DNA of 64,000 nucleotides from Octopus sinensis (lineage: Eukaryota), in contig NC_043011.1 in the NCBI RefSeq assembly GCF_006345805.1, forward strand, positions 53,146,464 through 53,210,463. The letters are read 5' to 3'. Positions 15,982 through 28,539 of the stretch are shown in pieces. The notes under the pieces are model-generated. The model was given only the letters and a program-made list of their open reading frames with translations, was not told the DNA's origin and did no database searches. Positions within the stretch are counted from its first letter, which is position 1, and each line of letters opens with the position of its first letter. A program made the translations under genes and the position numbers.

Positions 15982-16403
15982 TATTTCTTTACTGCCCACA
16001 AGGAGCTACACACAGAGGAGACAAACAAGGACAGACAAACGGATTAATTCGGTTATATATGACCCCAGTGTGTAACTAGTACTTATTTAATCGATCCTGA
16101 AACGATGAAAGGCAAAGTCAACCTCGACAGAATTTGAACTCAGAACATAGCAGCAGACGAAATACCTATTTCTATGTCTTTACTGCCCTCAAGGGGCTAC
16201 ACAGAGAGGAGACAAACAAGGACAGACAAATGGATTAAGTCAATTATATCGACCCCAGAGCATAATTTGTACTTCTTTAATCGATCCTGAAAGGATGAAA
16301 GGCAAAGTCAACCTCGACGGAACTTGAACTCAGAACATAGCGGCAGACGAAATACCGCTAAGCATTTCGCCCGGCGTGCTAACGTTTCTGCCAGCTCGCC
16401 GCC
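15982..16403 (-). mobile_element. SINE family A head-to-tail dimer (second unit lacks the tRNA head)
   Basis: Full unit at 16167-16403 joined at GAAATA|GGTATT to a head-less unit at 15982-16166. Confidence 0.85.
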
Positions 16404-17039
16404 TGAGAGAAACCAATGGGTTTTTTTCTCAGTTTCTGTATGCCAAATTCACTCTGAAGGCTTTGGTTGGCCTGTGGCTGTAGTAGAAGACACTTGCTCA
16501 AGATGCCATGCCGTGGGATTGAACCCAAAGCCATGTGGTTGTGAAGCTCATGTCTTACTACATGGCCACACACATGTCTAATTGGTAATAACTGAACATA
16601 AAATGGTTAATTCTCCTCCAGCCTTCCTTTAGCTGTAGTTAGGAGCTTCTTATTTTTCTGTCGGAATATAAAGAGAACGAATTTCAAGTGATAGCAGTCA
16701 GCAGTCTTGAATGACCAATTTTCTAGTTGATTTACAGCGTTTCACTTGGCAACCAGATGAAGCAGCCATCAAAGGCTATAAATAAAAAATGTTGTTCTTG
16801 AGAAATCCACGAATGTCATAGAACTTCCTTTGACATTCTTTGTGACAGTGTGTGTGTGTGTGTGTGTGTGGTGTGACGGTTGCAAAGCATAGTCTCATTT
16901 TATGTAGGAAATTAACGAGATGGAGGTGTGACAAAGTACCAAGCAAGAAAACACAAGAAATCCAAGTAAAATAATAATTTCCAAGATAGAAAAAGGAACA
17001 CAGACACAGGTGAGGAAGGTGGGGGGGAGGGGTATAACT

Positions 17040-18198
17040 TTTATCATTTACTTCTTACCTTTCACTTGTTTTAGTCATTGGACTGTGGCCATGCTGGAGC
17101 ACTACTTTGTAGTGTTTAGTCAAACTAATTGACCACCAGCACTTACTTTTTAGCAGTTTCTTTTGTTATCGGGGATGTAACCAAACCAACACCAGCTATC
17201 AATCTGTGTCATGGGGACAAATGCACAAACACACACACACACACACTCACACACACACACAAACACACATACACAAAGACATACATGCAGAGACATGCAC
17301 ACACAAACACACACACACAAAGACATACATGCAGAGACATGCACACACTCACTCATACACAAAAATACACATACACACGCATACACATACACACACATAC
17401 ACATGCACACATATGCATGATGCACTTCCTTACAGTTTCCATCAATCAAATTCACTCACAAGGCATTGGTCAGCTGGAGGAGCTATAGTAGAAGGCATTT
17501 GTCCAAGGTGCTGTGCAGTAGGACTGAACCTGAAGCTATGAGGCTCGAAAGCGATCTCCTTAACCACACAGCTAAGCCTGTGCCTACAGCTCGTTAAACT
17601 GATGCAGTTTAATTGATTAATGGTGGAAGAACACATTTTTAATTAAATTACTCAAAGAAATTATACTAATTTATTGATTACTGATGTTAATTATTTGATT
17701 ACACGTTTATTAATTACTGACACTAAATTTATTAATTGATCCTGGTAAATTATTTAATTAGTGTTGTATACATTTATTAAATACCAACAGTAAACTATTA
17801 ATTATTGATCTTTTATCATTATCATAATTTCTTATTTGTTTCTGTCACTGGAGTGTGGCCCTACTGGGGCACTGCCTCAGAGAGTTTATAGTCAAATGAA
17901 TCAACTGTAGTAATTATTCTGTCTGTCTTTTATACTGAACCACTAAGTTATGGGGATGTAAACAAACACACACACACACGCATGCACACACACACACACA
18001 CACGCACGCACACGCACACACACACATGTATATACATGTAATGGGTTTCTTTTAGTTTCTATCTACCAAATCCACTCACAAGGCTTTGGTCAGCCTAGGG
18101 TTGTAGTAGAATACATTTGCCCAAGGTGCCATGCTACAAGACTGAACCTAGGTCCATGTGGTTGGGAAGCAAGCTTCTCAGCACACAACCATAGCCTG
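17040..18198 (-). mobile_element. Two SINE family B copies (17040-17587, 17830-18198) with expanded internal TG repeats
   Basis: Family B head, CORE-like box and tail motifs in both copies. Confidence 0.75.
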
Positions 18199-18379
18199 CA
18201 TGCACACATGCACACACACATGCACACACACACATGCACTCATGGACACGTGTGCACACACACATGCATGCACACATACATGCACTCATGGACACATGCA
18301 CACACACACAGGCACACAAACATGCAGTCAAGTGCACATGCATGCACACTCACACACACACACATATGGACTCACGCAC

Positions 18380-18780
18380 ATACACACATGATAGGCTTCC
18401 ACACAGTTTCCTTCAGCCAAATTCAATCACAAGGCATTGGTTAGTCTGGGGCTATAGAGCAGCAAGCTGGCAGAATTGTTAGCACATTGGGTGAAATGCT
18501 TAGCTGTATTTCGTCTGTCATTATGTTCTGCTCAAATTCCACCGAGGTTGACTTTGCCTTTCATCCTTTCGGAGTCAATTAAATAAGTACCAGTTACGCA
18601 CTGGGTCAATGTAATCAACTTAATCTCTTTGTCTGTCCTTGTTTGTCCCTTCTATGTTTATCTACCTGTGGGCAATAAAGAAATATATAGTAGAAGACAC
18701 TTGCCTAAGGTGCTGCACAGTAGGATTGAACCCAAAACCACATGGTTGCAAAGCAGGTTTCTTAACTGCTTAGTCACACC
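18380..18780. mobile_element. SINE family A (+, 18459-18685) nested in a SINE family B head (-)
   Basis: The family B sequence GGCTATAG|TAGAAGACACTTGCC is split by the family A copy. Confidence 0.75.
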
Positions 18781-19319
18781 TGCACCATTAATTAGTTAAA
18801 CTAAAGCAGATAAATTGAATTTGAGAAAAACTTCTTCCAAGAGATTACTTATGCAAATTTATTGATTACCAATGTTAATTATTTGATTAATCGTGTATAA
18901 ATTACTAATACTAAATTTAATAATTACTCTTATTTATTTAGTAAACTATTAGTAATTAATAGTAAACAATTAATTACCAACATTAATTATTTTTATTACT
19001 GATATTTAGTTTATTGATTATTGATATCAATTTTAATAATTATTGATGTTTATTTTACTAGTTATTGTTATTAATTTATTGATTATAAATAATTATTTTA
19101 TTGATTACTAGTATTAATATTAATAATTAAACAGGTCTGCAACCTAAAAATTGTTTCACATTTATTGGGTGAAATTGATAATTTTTACCTGTGATATCAA
19201 AAATTACAAAGAAATTAATTATCCTACCATGTACAGTTTCTTCACAAAATTAATCATTGCATTTTACCATTATGCCTGAATTTGACTATTGTCTTTCATT
19301 GTTACTATTAATTACCATA

Positions 19320-19738
19320 CGTAGGAGTGGCTGTGTGGTAAGTAGCTTGCTTACCAACCACATGGTTCCGGGTTCAGTCCCACTGCGTGGCACCTTGGGC
19401 AAGTGTCTTCTACTATAGCCTCGGGCTGACCAAAGCCTTGTGAGTGGATTTGGTAGATGGAAACTAAAAGAAGCCCGTCATATATATGTATGTATATATA
19501 TGTGTATGTATGTATGTGTGTGTATATGTTTGTGTGTCTGTGTTTGTCCCCCAACATCGCTTGATAATCGATGGTGGTGTGTTTACGTCCCCGTAACTTA
19601 GCAGTTTGGCAAAAAAGACCGATAGAATAAGTAGTAGGCTTCCAAAGAATAAGTCCTGGGGTCGATTTCCTCAAGTAAAGGTGGTGCTCCTGTATGGTCA
19701 CAGTCAAATGACTGAAACAAGTAAAAGAGTAAAAGAGT
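19320..19738 (+). mobile_element. SINE family B, full length, low divergence
   Basis: All family B motifs are present. Confidence 0.9.
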
Positions 19739-20347
19739 ATATTCATTTAAATGGTAAATCAAATATATAATGTCAAAAAATGTCCCCTTCTTCTTTCTTA
19801 CAGACCTCCGCATCATTTGAAGCAAGGATGTCTTCTAGAAGATGTGAAGCAAGTCCAGAGAAACCTTATCAAGTGTGTCAAAATATCTTATTGTGCCTAC
19901 TTTGGTGTGAAATTAGAGACCAAGATAAGAAGAGGGCTTCTTATCAATCCTGGTTAATTTGTGTTGAAGAACTAAGACAATGGACAAAATGTACAAAGTC
20001 ATTTGATTTTGGGGGTCCAGTGATATGGAGGGAGCCGAAAAATCAGTGCTGATTGCTACCTTTGTTAATGTAAAGTATAGGGACGCAATTCAAAGAATGG
20101 AAAACATTATTTATCCAAACTGCCCATTTGCATTGTGATTTGTTCCCCATTGACCAGATGTTCCAGGTCCATCACTACCAGGAAACCTTAAAACATATGC
20201 TTGAGATTTGAGTCTGAAGGCATAAATAATAATGACGATGAAGATGCAGTAATCATGAAGGAAACATGAAAATTTGGTGTCACTCTTACACAAGATTAAA
20301 TTCAAAGATCACAACTAGATGATTTGCAGCGACTTGAAAAAAATATT

Positions 20348-20578
20348 TATTTCTTTACTACCCACAAGGGGCTAAACACAGAGAGGACAAACAAGGACAG
20401 ACAAAGGGATTAAGTCGATTACATCGACCCCAGTGCACAACTGGTACTTAATTTATCGACCCCGAAAGGATGAAAGGCAAAGTCGACCTCGGCGGAATTT
20501 GAACTCAGAACGTAACGGCAGACGAAAAACGGCCACGCATTTCGCCCGGCGTGCTAACGTTTCTGCCAGCTCGCCGCC
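20348..20578 (-). mobile_element. SINE family A, full length, inserted in the transposase relic
   Basis: Close match to 10192-10419. Confidence 0.9.
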
Positions 20579-21082
20579 TTTAAAGAAATATTGCATGTTG
20601 CTTGGACAACAGTCAGACTTCACAGAGTTTCCTTGTTTCTTGTGTGAATTGGACAGTAGAGCCAGGGACCTCCATTGGTCTAAAAAGAATAGCCAAGTAG
20701 GGAGATGCTTATACTAGAAACATATCCTTTGAGAAAGTTTAGATCATCCGAAAAGGGTTCTTTTGTATCCTCTACATATAAAACTTGGCCTCATGAAGCA
20801 ACTTATAAAAAATTTGCTGCAGGATGGAGAGGGCTTCATGTATTTGTGTATGAAATTTCCTGCTCTATCAGATACCAAGATTGAAGAGGATGTATTTGTA
20901 GGAACAGATATAAGGAAACCTATGAAGGATAAAAATTTTGAAAACTCTCTTAGTGATTCTGAATAAGTTGCATGGATTAGTTTTAAAGATGTGATGAAGA
21001 ACTTCTTGGGTAATCAGAAGGATCAAAATTACAAAGACATAGTGGGAAGAATGCTGGAAAATTTCAAAGCCTTAGGATGTAA

Positions 21083-21370
21083 AATCATCATCATCATCAT
21101 CATCATTTGATGTCCAGTCTCCATGCCTGTATGGGTTGGATGGTTTGATATGGAGCTGAACAGCAGGGAGCTGTCCAGATTCCAACTGTCTGTTGTGGCA
21201 TGGTTTCCACAGCTAGATGCCATTCCTAATGCCAACCACTTAACAGAGTGTGTTGGGAGCTTTTTACATGTCACTGTCATGGCTATGTTTACACAGCACT
21301 GACTTGGGTGCTTTTTAAGTGGCACCAGCATCTGAAAGGATGAGCCTGTATGTATGGAAGACAATGATTT
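21083..21370 (-). mobile_element. RTE family 2 3'-UTR fragment
   Basis: (GAT)n tail plus GGTTGGCATTAGGAATGGCATCTAGC motif. It splits the transposase at ALGCK|MNIKFH. Confidence 0.8.
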
Positions 21371-22087
21371 TATTTAGCCTGAGGTGAACATTAAATTTCA
21401 TATCCTACATGCCCATCTGGATTTCTTTCTGGAAAGTCTGGGAGATATGAGTAAGGAGTAGAGGAAAGGTTTCACCAAGACATAAAGAGGATAGAAAGAT
21501 GTCAGGGAAGATGGAATGTCAGTATGATGGCTGATTACTGCTGGATGATCCCTCAAATGCCCATAAGTGAAAGAGTTCCAGGCAAAAGAGTTCCAAGTGA
21601 AAAAGAAGAGATTTTGAGGTGCTGAATCCAAAAAATGAAAGGAGCCCTCCTAAAATTCTGTTTCTTTACCTTTCAATTGCACTTGTGCCATTTTATTTTT
21701 GCTAAATAAAGAGCCAAGTCCATTTTTATTAGTTTTGTAATGAGCCAGGAAAGCTGTTTGTGTTGCTGTGATGCAGTACAGTTGTGCTATCACATACTCC
21801 AGTGAATCAGAGTTGGACATGTAGGAATACAAAAGGCAGTTCTCTGCCCAAGCAGAGAAGCACTATTTTTAAGCAGTTGGTGAAAAAATAGCACAGATAC
21901 AACAGTTCTTTCAATATGAAATAGCTTCTGGCTTTTGACCACCAACTTCGTTCAGCCATCTTGGAGTTATATTGGCTCTCAACTTGTCACCTCCTGAACA
22001 ATCTAGTTCATTTATGCTAACTTTGCTTCTGAAAGGTCTGGATGACTCAGCCACAACTCTGCCTCATAACGAACAGTATATTTTCGT

Positions 22088-22316
22088 TTAACCCTTTAGC
22101 ATTTAAACTGGCCATATCCAGCCAAAAGTATTCTGTCTGTTTTATGTTCAAACTGGCCAGATCTGGTCTCTTACACCAACCCTACAATATTGTTTGAAAA
22201 ATTAACAGCTACTTCATCAAAATCTCATAGTTACAAGATAATGCATGATTAGTTCAAAACAATGTGGATAAAAAAGCATTAATCTTGGCAGAATAATGCA
22301 AACACTAAAGGGTTAA
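22088..22316. mobile_element. TTAA-targeting MITE (piggyBac type)
   Basis: TTAA|CCCTTTAG ... CTAAAGGG|TTAA. Confidence 0.88.
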
Positions 22317-22523
22317 GCTAGCTTTGTTCCTATTACCTTACAATGGCTTCCAACAGAATCATTTTGTGCAAAAGTAAGTTATAATACTTTACCTGGCTCA
22401 CATACACATACAGGCTATACACTTTTACTGCTTGTCAGCATTCAATTCTATTTTAATAAAAGTTACAATGTTTCATTTAAAAACTGCCTTCTGGCATTCA
22501 TTACACATGCCTCAAAAGCACAT

Positions 22524-22750
22524 TTAACCCTTTAGTATTTAAACCGGCCATATCCGGCCAAAATAGCTAATCTGTTTTCTGTTCAAACTGACCAGATCCA
22601 GGCCCTCACACCTACCCTACAATGTTATTCTACATTAAGTAATTACACCATCAAGATCTTGAAGATATGAGATAATGCATGATTAATTCAAATCAATGGG
22701 AATCAATAAGCATTATGTTTGATAGAATAATCTGAACACTAAAGGGTTAA
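22524..22750. mobile_element. TTAA-targeting MITE (piggyBac type)
   Basis: TTAA|CCCTTTAG ... CTAAAGGG|TTAA. Differs from 61590-61816 at only 6 positions. Confidence 0.9.
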
Positions 22751-23104
22751 TGGATTTTGTCACAAACACTTTCATACTTTAAATTAGTGACCACTCTCAC
22801 TGAAGTTTCATTTTGTCCTACCATATGTTGATTTACCTACAAATGATGGTATATTTGATCATTAAATTTGTGTCAAAATCTCAGGTAATGGGAAAGAGCT
22901 TTTTTAATATTCCGAACTAACACCTCAAAAATGTATAAAGTAACATACAATTATGAAAACAATTCTCAAATGATTTTGTTCTGCAGACCTGTGTTTATTG
23001 ATCGTTATTTTATTGATTATTGATAGTATATTATTGGTTATGGATATTAACCTATTGATTATGGATATGAACTTATTGGTTATTAATATTATTTTAATTG
23101 ATTA

Positions 23105-23315
23105 AGGTAGCAAGCTGTCAAAATTGTTAGCAGCTGGGCAAAATGCTCATCAGCATTCCAATAGTCTATATGGTCTGAGTTCGACTTTGCTTTTCATCTT
23201 TTCAGGAGTCTATAAAATTAGCACCAATTAAGCACTGAGATTGATGTGATTGACCAGCCTCCTCACCTGAAATTACTGGCCTTGCACTAAAATTTGAAAC
23301 CAATATTGATTTAAT
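23105..23315 (+). mobile_element. SINE family A, tail type 2, diverged
   Basis: GGTAGCAAGCTGTCA head and GGCCTTGCACTAAAATTTGAAACCAAT tail. Confidence 0.65.
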
Positions 23316-23427
23316 TGATTGAGATTTGAACGTCAAATATATAGAATCATAACAACACAAATTGTTTGGATCAGTGCATTACCCTTTTGGTCTCTCTGCA
23401 CATATGCTTACATACATACTACATACA

Positions 23428-23463
<36 letters not shown>

Positions 23464-23569
23464 CACATATACATACATACATACACACAAGCACGTGCAC
23501 ATGTACCTACATACATACTTCCACACACGCCAGCTTAATTTAATTCGTCTTTAGTCGAAAGACACCTGT

Positions 23570-23880
23570 TGTTATGTCCTGTTATTTATATTTGTGTAAC
23601 ATTTCTGGGGGTTTTTTCCGTCCTTGTTTCATATACATTCGTTGCTTTCTTCCAAGGAATGTAATGCTCTTAGCTTATTTTTCCTTGGGGCTGACCAGAT
23701 TGGAGCAATCTCGAGTATAACCAGCTGAAATTGCAAAGATAATCTGGAACTCGACTGAGGATAGAAAACTCCGAATGATCCGGCCTTGTTTTCCATGTAT
23801 CATCTGTCTGGATATTTTGTTTTCCTTGTTTTGTTTCACCTAACTGTCTGGATGTTTTGCGTTCTTGTCCCATATTTGTA
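23570..23880 (+). repeat. Unclassified interspersed repeat (second copy at 49640-49930)
   Basis: Shared TTTTCCTTGGGG..GGAGCAATCTC..CAGCTGAAATTGC and CACCTAACTGTCTGGATGTTTTGCGTTCTTGTCCCAT blocks. Confidence 0.75.
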
Positions 23881-24524
23881 TTTTTTATACCTACATACAT
23901 ACATACATATATACATACATACATTTATATATACATAAATGCATACATACATACATACATACATATATACATAAATACATACATACATGCATGGTAGAAG
24001 TCAGCTCGCACCATCTAAATGCAGTGAGTCCAAACAAATATTTTGAGAGTCCAAGAAGTTATTGTACATTAATTTGTTTTGAGTGGATTAAAGTATTGCA
24101 CAGCACTGAGCCCATTTTTCAGTGCTATCAGCTATAAAACCAGTGGTACCACAAAGGCTGAGACGACCAGAAATCAACTGCATTTCATGTTGTTTACGGT
24201 TTTTTCGTATTTCATGTTTACAGTTTGTGATGTCCTGTACCCATATATGCATATATATATCATTTATAGCTGCATTATATGGCTAATAGGTTAAATGAGA
24301 CATACCTATCTTCATGGCCGAAACAGCTGTCACTTATAATGTAAATGTATTTTTATATCTTGTTATATTTATTTAGTTATATCTCACCATATTGTTTGTA
24401 ATTATTGTACTGTATTAATGTCTAATCTCATTGCTATTGTGTAGTGTTTTAATAAAGTATATGATTCGGTATTATCTGATAGATGATGATTGATTTAGAT
24501 ATATTTCTCCATTTTCTCATTTTG

Positions 24525-24574
<50 letters not shown>

Positions 24575-24675
24575 TATTATTATTATTATCATTATCATAT
24601 ATATATATATATATAATATAAGTAATTTATTTTACTAAGCCCTAATTATATATATATAATATATATATATATATA

Positions 24676-24907
24676 GAGGAATGGCCAAAAGTCACCTGAC
24701 AGTAGATCAAAATTCCATAAATGATTTTCAATTTTATTTATTCATTCCAATTATGAATGTTTAATAATTAAATACTGAGTTAAAATCATGATTTTTTTTC
24801 AACATTTGTTTATTTATTAGAGAATTCTCATATAAAATAATTTTTTGTTTTAATCTTGGAATTAAATGGGTTTTGATTTACTGTCAGGTGACTTTTGGTC
24901 AACCCTG
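24676..24907. mobile_element. Tc1/mariner-type MITE
   Basis: TIRs (GAGGAATGG/CAGGGTTGA)CCAAAAGTCACCTGACAGTA, with TA at both ends. Confidence 0.8.
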
Positions 24908-24979
24908 TATATATAGTGTACTGTTCTGTGGTGGTAAGATCAACATGTATTCCATCTTGTGAGACATAAATATTATGTA

Positions 24980-25190
24980 ATAAACACAATATATATTTTT
25001 ATGTGCTACTATTAGTTTCATGTGCTGAGAACATGCCAAACACTATTTTATAACATGTCTGACATCTTGTTATGCCATGTTGGTAGTGCCTACTGACTAT
25101 GCCGAGATGTCAGATGTGTTATAAAATAATGTTTGGCATGTTCTCAGCACATGAAACTAATAGCAGCACATAAAAACATATTGTGTTTAT
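24980..25190. repeat. Long fold-back palindrome (arms of about 88 bp)
   Basis: The left arm 24980-25067 is the near-perfect reverse complement of 25105-25190. Confidence 0.9.
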
Positions 25191-25838
25191 AAAATTTTTT
25201 TTTTTTTCTCATCTGTTTTTTCTTGTTATCCAATGCAACAACTCTATTTTTATATCCCGTAATGTTTTGATGATTCTCCAGAGTCATGAGTAGATTCAAC
25301 CAATCAGAAAACCTACCTGTTGTAAGTGATATTTGGTATTTGGAAAAGAGGGTAAGCACAAAACAGTATATACAGCCTTTGCTCTTTGAGTAAACTAACC
25401 AGGATCTCATCACAGTCTGACCATTTTACAATCTGTTTATATTGCTTTTATTTGAGAAGCCACTGTTTTAATCCTGGAACCATGTGGTTGGGAAACAAAT
25501 ATCTTACCAAACGACCACACTTGCACCTATACATAATTTATTCTATTTTGAAAAAACAAAACAAAACAGAATAAAAACTGATTTCTTGTATCAAACAATT
25601 CAGCCTGAAATCATTATCGATTTTCTACGGAATCACCGAATTTATTCCCTGGTTCATACGTCTGCTTTGTTTCTTGTTGTTCCAAGGTACTTTGGTACTG
25701 ACACAGTGATCATCATTTATATGGGCTAAAAAAATGCTAGATGGAGCCTCAAAAAGTTTGTAAACTATCATTGGCTTCACTAGTGCTTGGTTGGCTTGTT
25801 TTGGTCACAGATGTTGACAAACTTAACATTGTAAAATA

Positions 25839-26392
25839 TTGGGTTGTTCGGAAAGTTCATGCCAATTTTTAAGGGAAAGAAAAAGGTCAATATATTACTT
25901 GCCATTACATTTTTAATCAACCAAATATGAACCATTTTGTTGCACAATGCGTCTCCCTCTTTCCTTTAACTTGAAAATACCTTCTTCCCAGAATTGAGGT
26001 GGTTTCATGGCAAAGAATTCATCAAGGCATCTTTTTACATCATCCATTTACCATTAAGACTATTCTGCAGAGACCTGAATAAGTGGAAATCCGAAGGAGC
26101 AATATCTGGTGAATATGGAGGGTGGGGTAACACATCCCAGCCGAGCTGCAGCAATCTTTGTCTGGTTCCTAAAGCATCAAGTGCCGAAAATGAACTTTCT
26201 TATCTTCCATTTTAAAGGGTTACAGAATTAACACAGGTTATAGGAAGATAAACCTTCTTCCACAAAAAGTTAGCTTAAACTGTGCTCTAAATGGAGGTCT
26301 ATTCAAATCTTGTTTTATGGACTCAACCATGTTCTAAAATAAGTGGAAAGGTAAGCTACTATAAATCAGCACAAACTTTCTGGACAACCCAA
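25839..26392 (-). mobile_element. Internally deleted mariner element with both TIRs
   Basis: TA|TTGGGTTGTTCGGAAAGTT ... AACTTTCTGGACAACCCAA|TA. The minus strand encodes LGWDVLPHPPYSPDIAPSDFHLFRSLQN (mariner YSPDLAPSD motif). Confidence 0.9.
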
Positions 26393-27026
26393 TAGCTTTT
26401 GATATTTACAGATTTCATAGTCATTTTGTCCCTTTTCGCATTTTGCATTCAAATTTCACCAAGACTACTTTACCTCTCATCCTTTTGGGGTCAATAAAAA
26501 AAGTACCAGTTGAGCACTGGTGTTGATGTAATCAACTTACCTCTCACTGAAATTGCTGGCCTTGTGCCAAAAATAGAAACCAATATTAACGCACATCATC
26601 CAATCACTTTTCTTTGAGTCTGTATTTTTGATATCCACTTTAGTGCTTTTTGAACTTATTGACATTCCTTTTGAGTTTTTAGACAGAGCTTCATTATTAT
26701 GAGTGAATATGATTGTAACAACTGCAGAATATTTTTAATGTAATTTCCAATTCATGGATCAGATTAAAGTTTTCAAACCAAAGTATAGTCATTGAAGGAA
26801 TAAAAACATTAAAGGAATAATTTCAAAAGCTATTCCCACAAAGCTAATGTGTTATTGTTGCTAGTTTGGAAAAAGTTGTTTGTCTATGCTGTTTAAATCA
26901 AAAATTAAATAAAATATTTCACTGCTGTTTCCTTTCTTGCTCTGTTCCACTTCTTACATAAGCATTTTCTTTATCAGTGTAGCACAAAAACTCATGGAAG
27001 CAATTTAACTGAAAACAGTTTTAATA

Positions 27027-27438
27027 GGCGTAGGAGTGGCTGTGTGGTAAGTAGCTTGCTTACAAACCACATGGTTCCGGGTTCAGTCCCACTGCGTGGC
27101 TCCTTGGGCAAGTGTCTTCTACTATAGCCTCGGGTCGACCAAAGCCTTGTGAGTGGATTTGGTAGACGGAAACTGAAAGAAGCCCATTGTATATATGTAT
27201 GTATATATATATATGTATGTGTGTGTATGTTTGTGTGTCTGTGTTTGTCCCTCAACATTGCTTGACAACCGATGCTGGTGTGTTTACGTCCCTGTAACTT
27301 AGCGGTTCGGCAAAAGAGACTGATAGAATAAGTACTAGGCTTACAAAGAATAAGTCCTGGGGTTGACTTGCTCGACTAAAGGCGGTGCTCCAGCATGGCC
27401 ACAGTCAAATGACTGAAACAAGTAAAAGAGTAAAAGAG
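27027..27438 (+). mobile_element. SINE family B, full length
   Basis: All family B motifs are present. Confidence 0.9.
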
Positions 27439-27548
27439 TTTAGCATTCACTTAAAATAATGTAAGAATATAAACTTAACATAGCAGTTCATGATCACCAA
27501 AAAACCCCAAAAGATAACAAAATAAAGTGCCTACTATAATATTAATTG

Positions 27549-27770
27549 TGGAGGTGCATGGCTTAGTGTTAGGGTGTCAGCACCATGATTGTAAGATTGT
27601 GGTTCTTGAGCAAAACAACGCATTGTGTTCTTGAGCAAAACACTTCATTTTACGTTTCTCCAGTCCACTCAGCTGGCAAAAATGTGATGGACTGGCGTCC
27701 CGTCCAGCTGGGGAACACATACACCATAGAAACCAGGCCCATGAGCCTGGCTAGGCTTTAAAAGGGTGCA
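27549..27770 (+). mobile_element. SINE family D with V-domain-like GATGGACTGGCGTCCCGTCCAG
   Basis: tRNA head, CCAGTCCACTCAGCTGG body and V-SINE-like motif. The V-domain label is inference. Confidence 0.65.
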
Positions 27771-27811
27771 TTTATTAATTATTTATAATATTAATTATAA
27801 CCTTTTATCTT

Positions 27812-28150
27812 TTGCCTTTTACTTGTTTCAGTCGTGTTTGACTGTGGCCATGCTGGAGCACCACCTTGAAGAATTCATTTTTTAATGAATCAACCCCAGA
27901 ACTTATTTTTTTAAAGCTTGGTATTATTTTGTTGTCCCCTTTTGCCAAACTGCTAAGTTATGGGGACATAAACACTCCAACACTGCTTGTCAAGTGGTGG
28001 TGGGGGGACATACACACACACACGATTGGCTTCTTTCAGTTTCCATCTGCCAAGTCCACTCACAAAGCTTTGGTCAGTCTGAGGCTATAGTAGAAGAGAC
28101 TTGCCCAAGGTGCCATGCAGTGGGACTGAACCCAGAACCATGTCGTTGGA
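27812..28150 (-). mobile_element. SINE family B
   Basis: Family B CORE-like box and tail. Confidence 0.8.
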
Positions 28151-28539
28151 AAGCAGAATTATGGGTCTTCATATTGACTATAAAAATAGCAATAAGCAGT
28201 AGTACATGTACTAACGCCTGTATTTTTGTGTTACAGGGGCTTATATGCCCTAATATTACACAATTTTCTAAAGTCAATATATGGTGAAAGCTCATAATTC
28301 TATTTACAATAATTGCACTCACCACTGTTTTCTAATTCACATAGAAGTCACACATATTTATGCATAATATTGATATTTTAATATTAACATTGAAGTGGCA
28401 AGCTGGCAGAATCACTAGCACACCTTTCAGAGTCAATAAAATAAGTGCCAGCTGAGCACTGGGGTCAATGTAATTGACTCTAGCTCCTCTCCAAAATTGC
28501 CGGCCTTGTGCCAAAATTTGAAAATGATATTTTAATATT

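Larger units (their letters stand above)
19828..21640 (+). pseudogene. Degenerate DNA transposase, Chapaev3/CMC-like, interrupted by two retroelements
   Basis: MSSRRC, DQDK, FGGPVIWREPKNQC, FPCFLCELDSRA, PLHIKLGLMKQ, VFVGTDIRK, FKDVMKNFLGN, IKFHILHAHLDFF and GRWNVSMMADYCW are colinear. The superfamily label comes from recalled similarity to Chapaev3 proteins. Confidence 0.7.

Noticed and set aside
23750-23790. Hammerhead-like CTGAGGA..CGAAT (and CTGAAGA..CGAAT at about 49801)
   Set aside because: GAAA is not intact and helices I and II cannot be formed in either copy.
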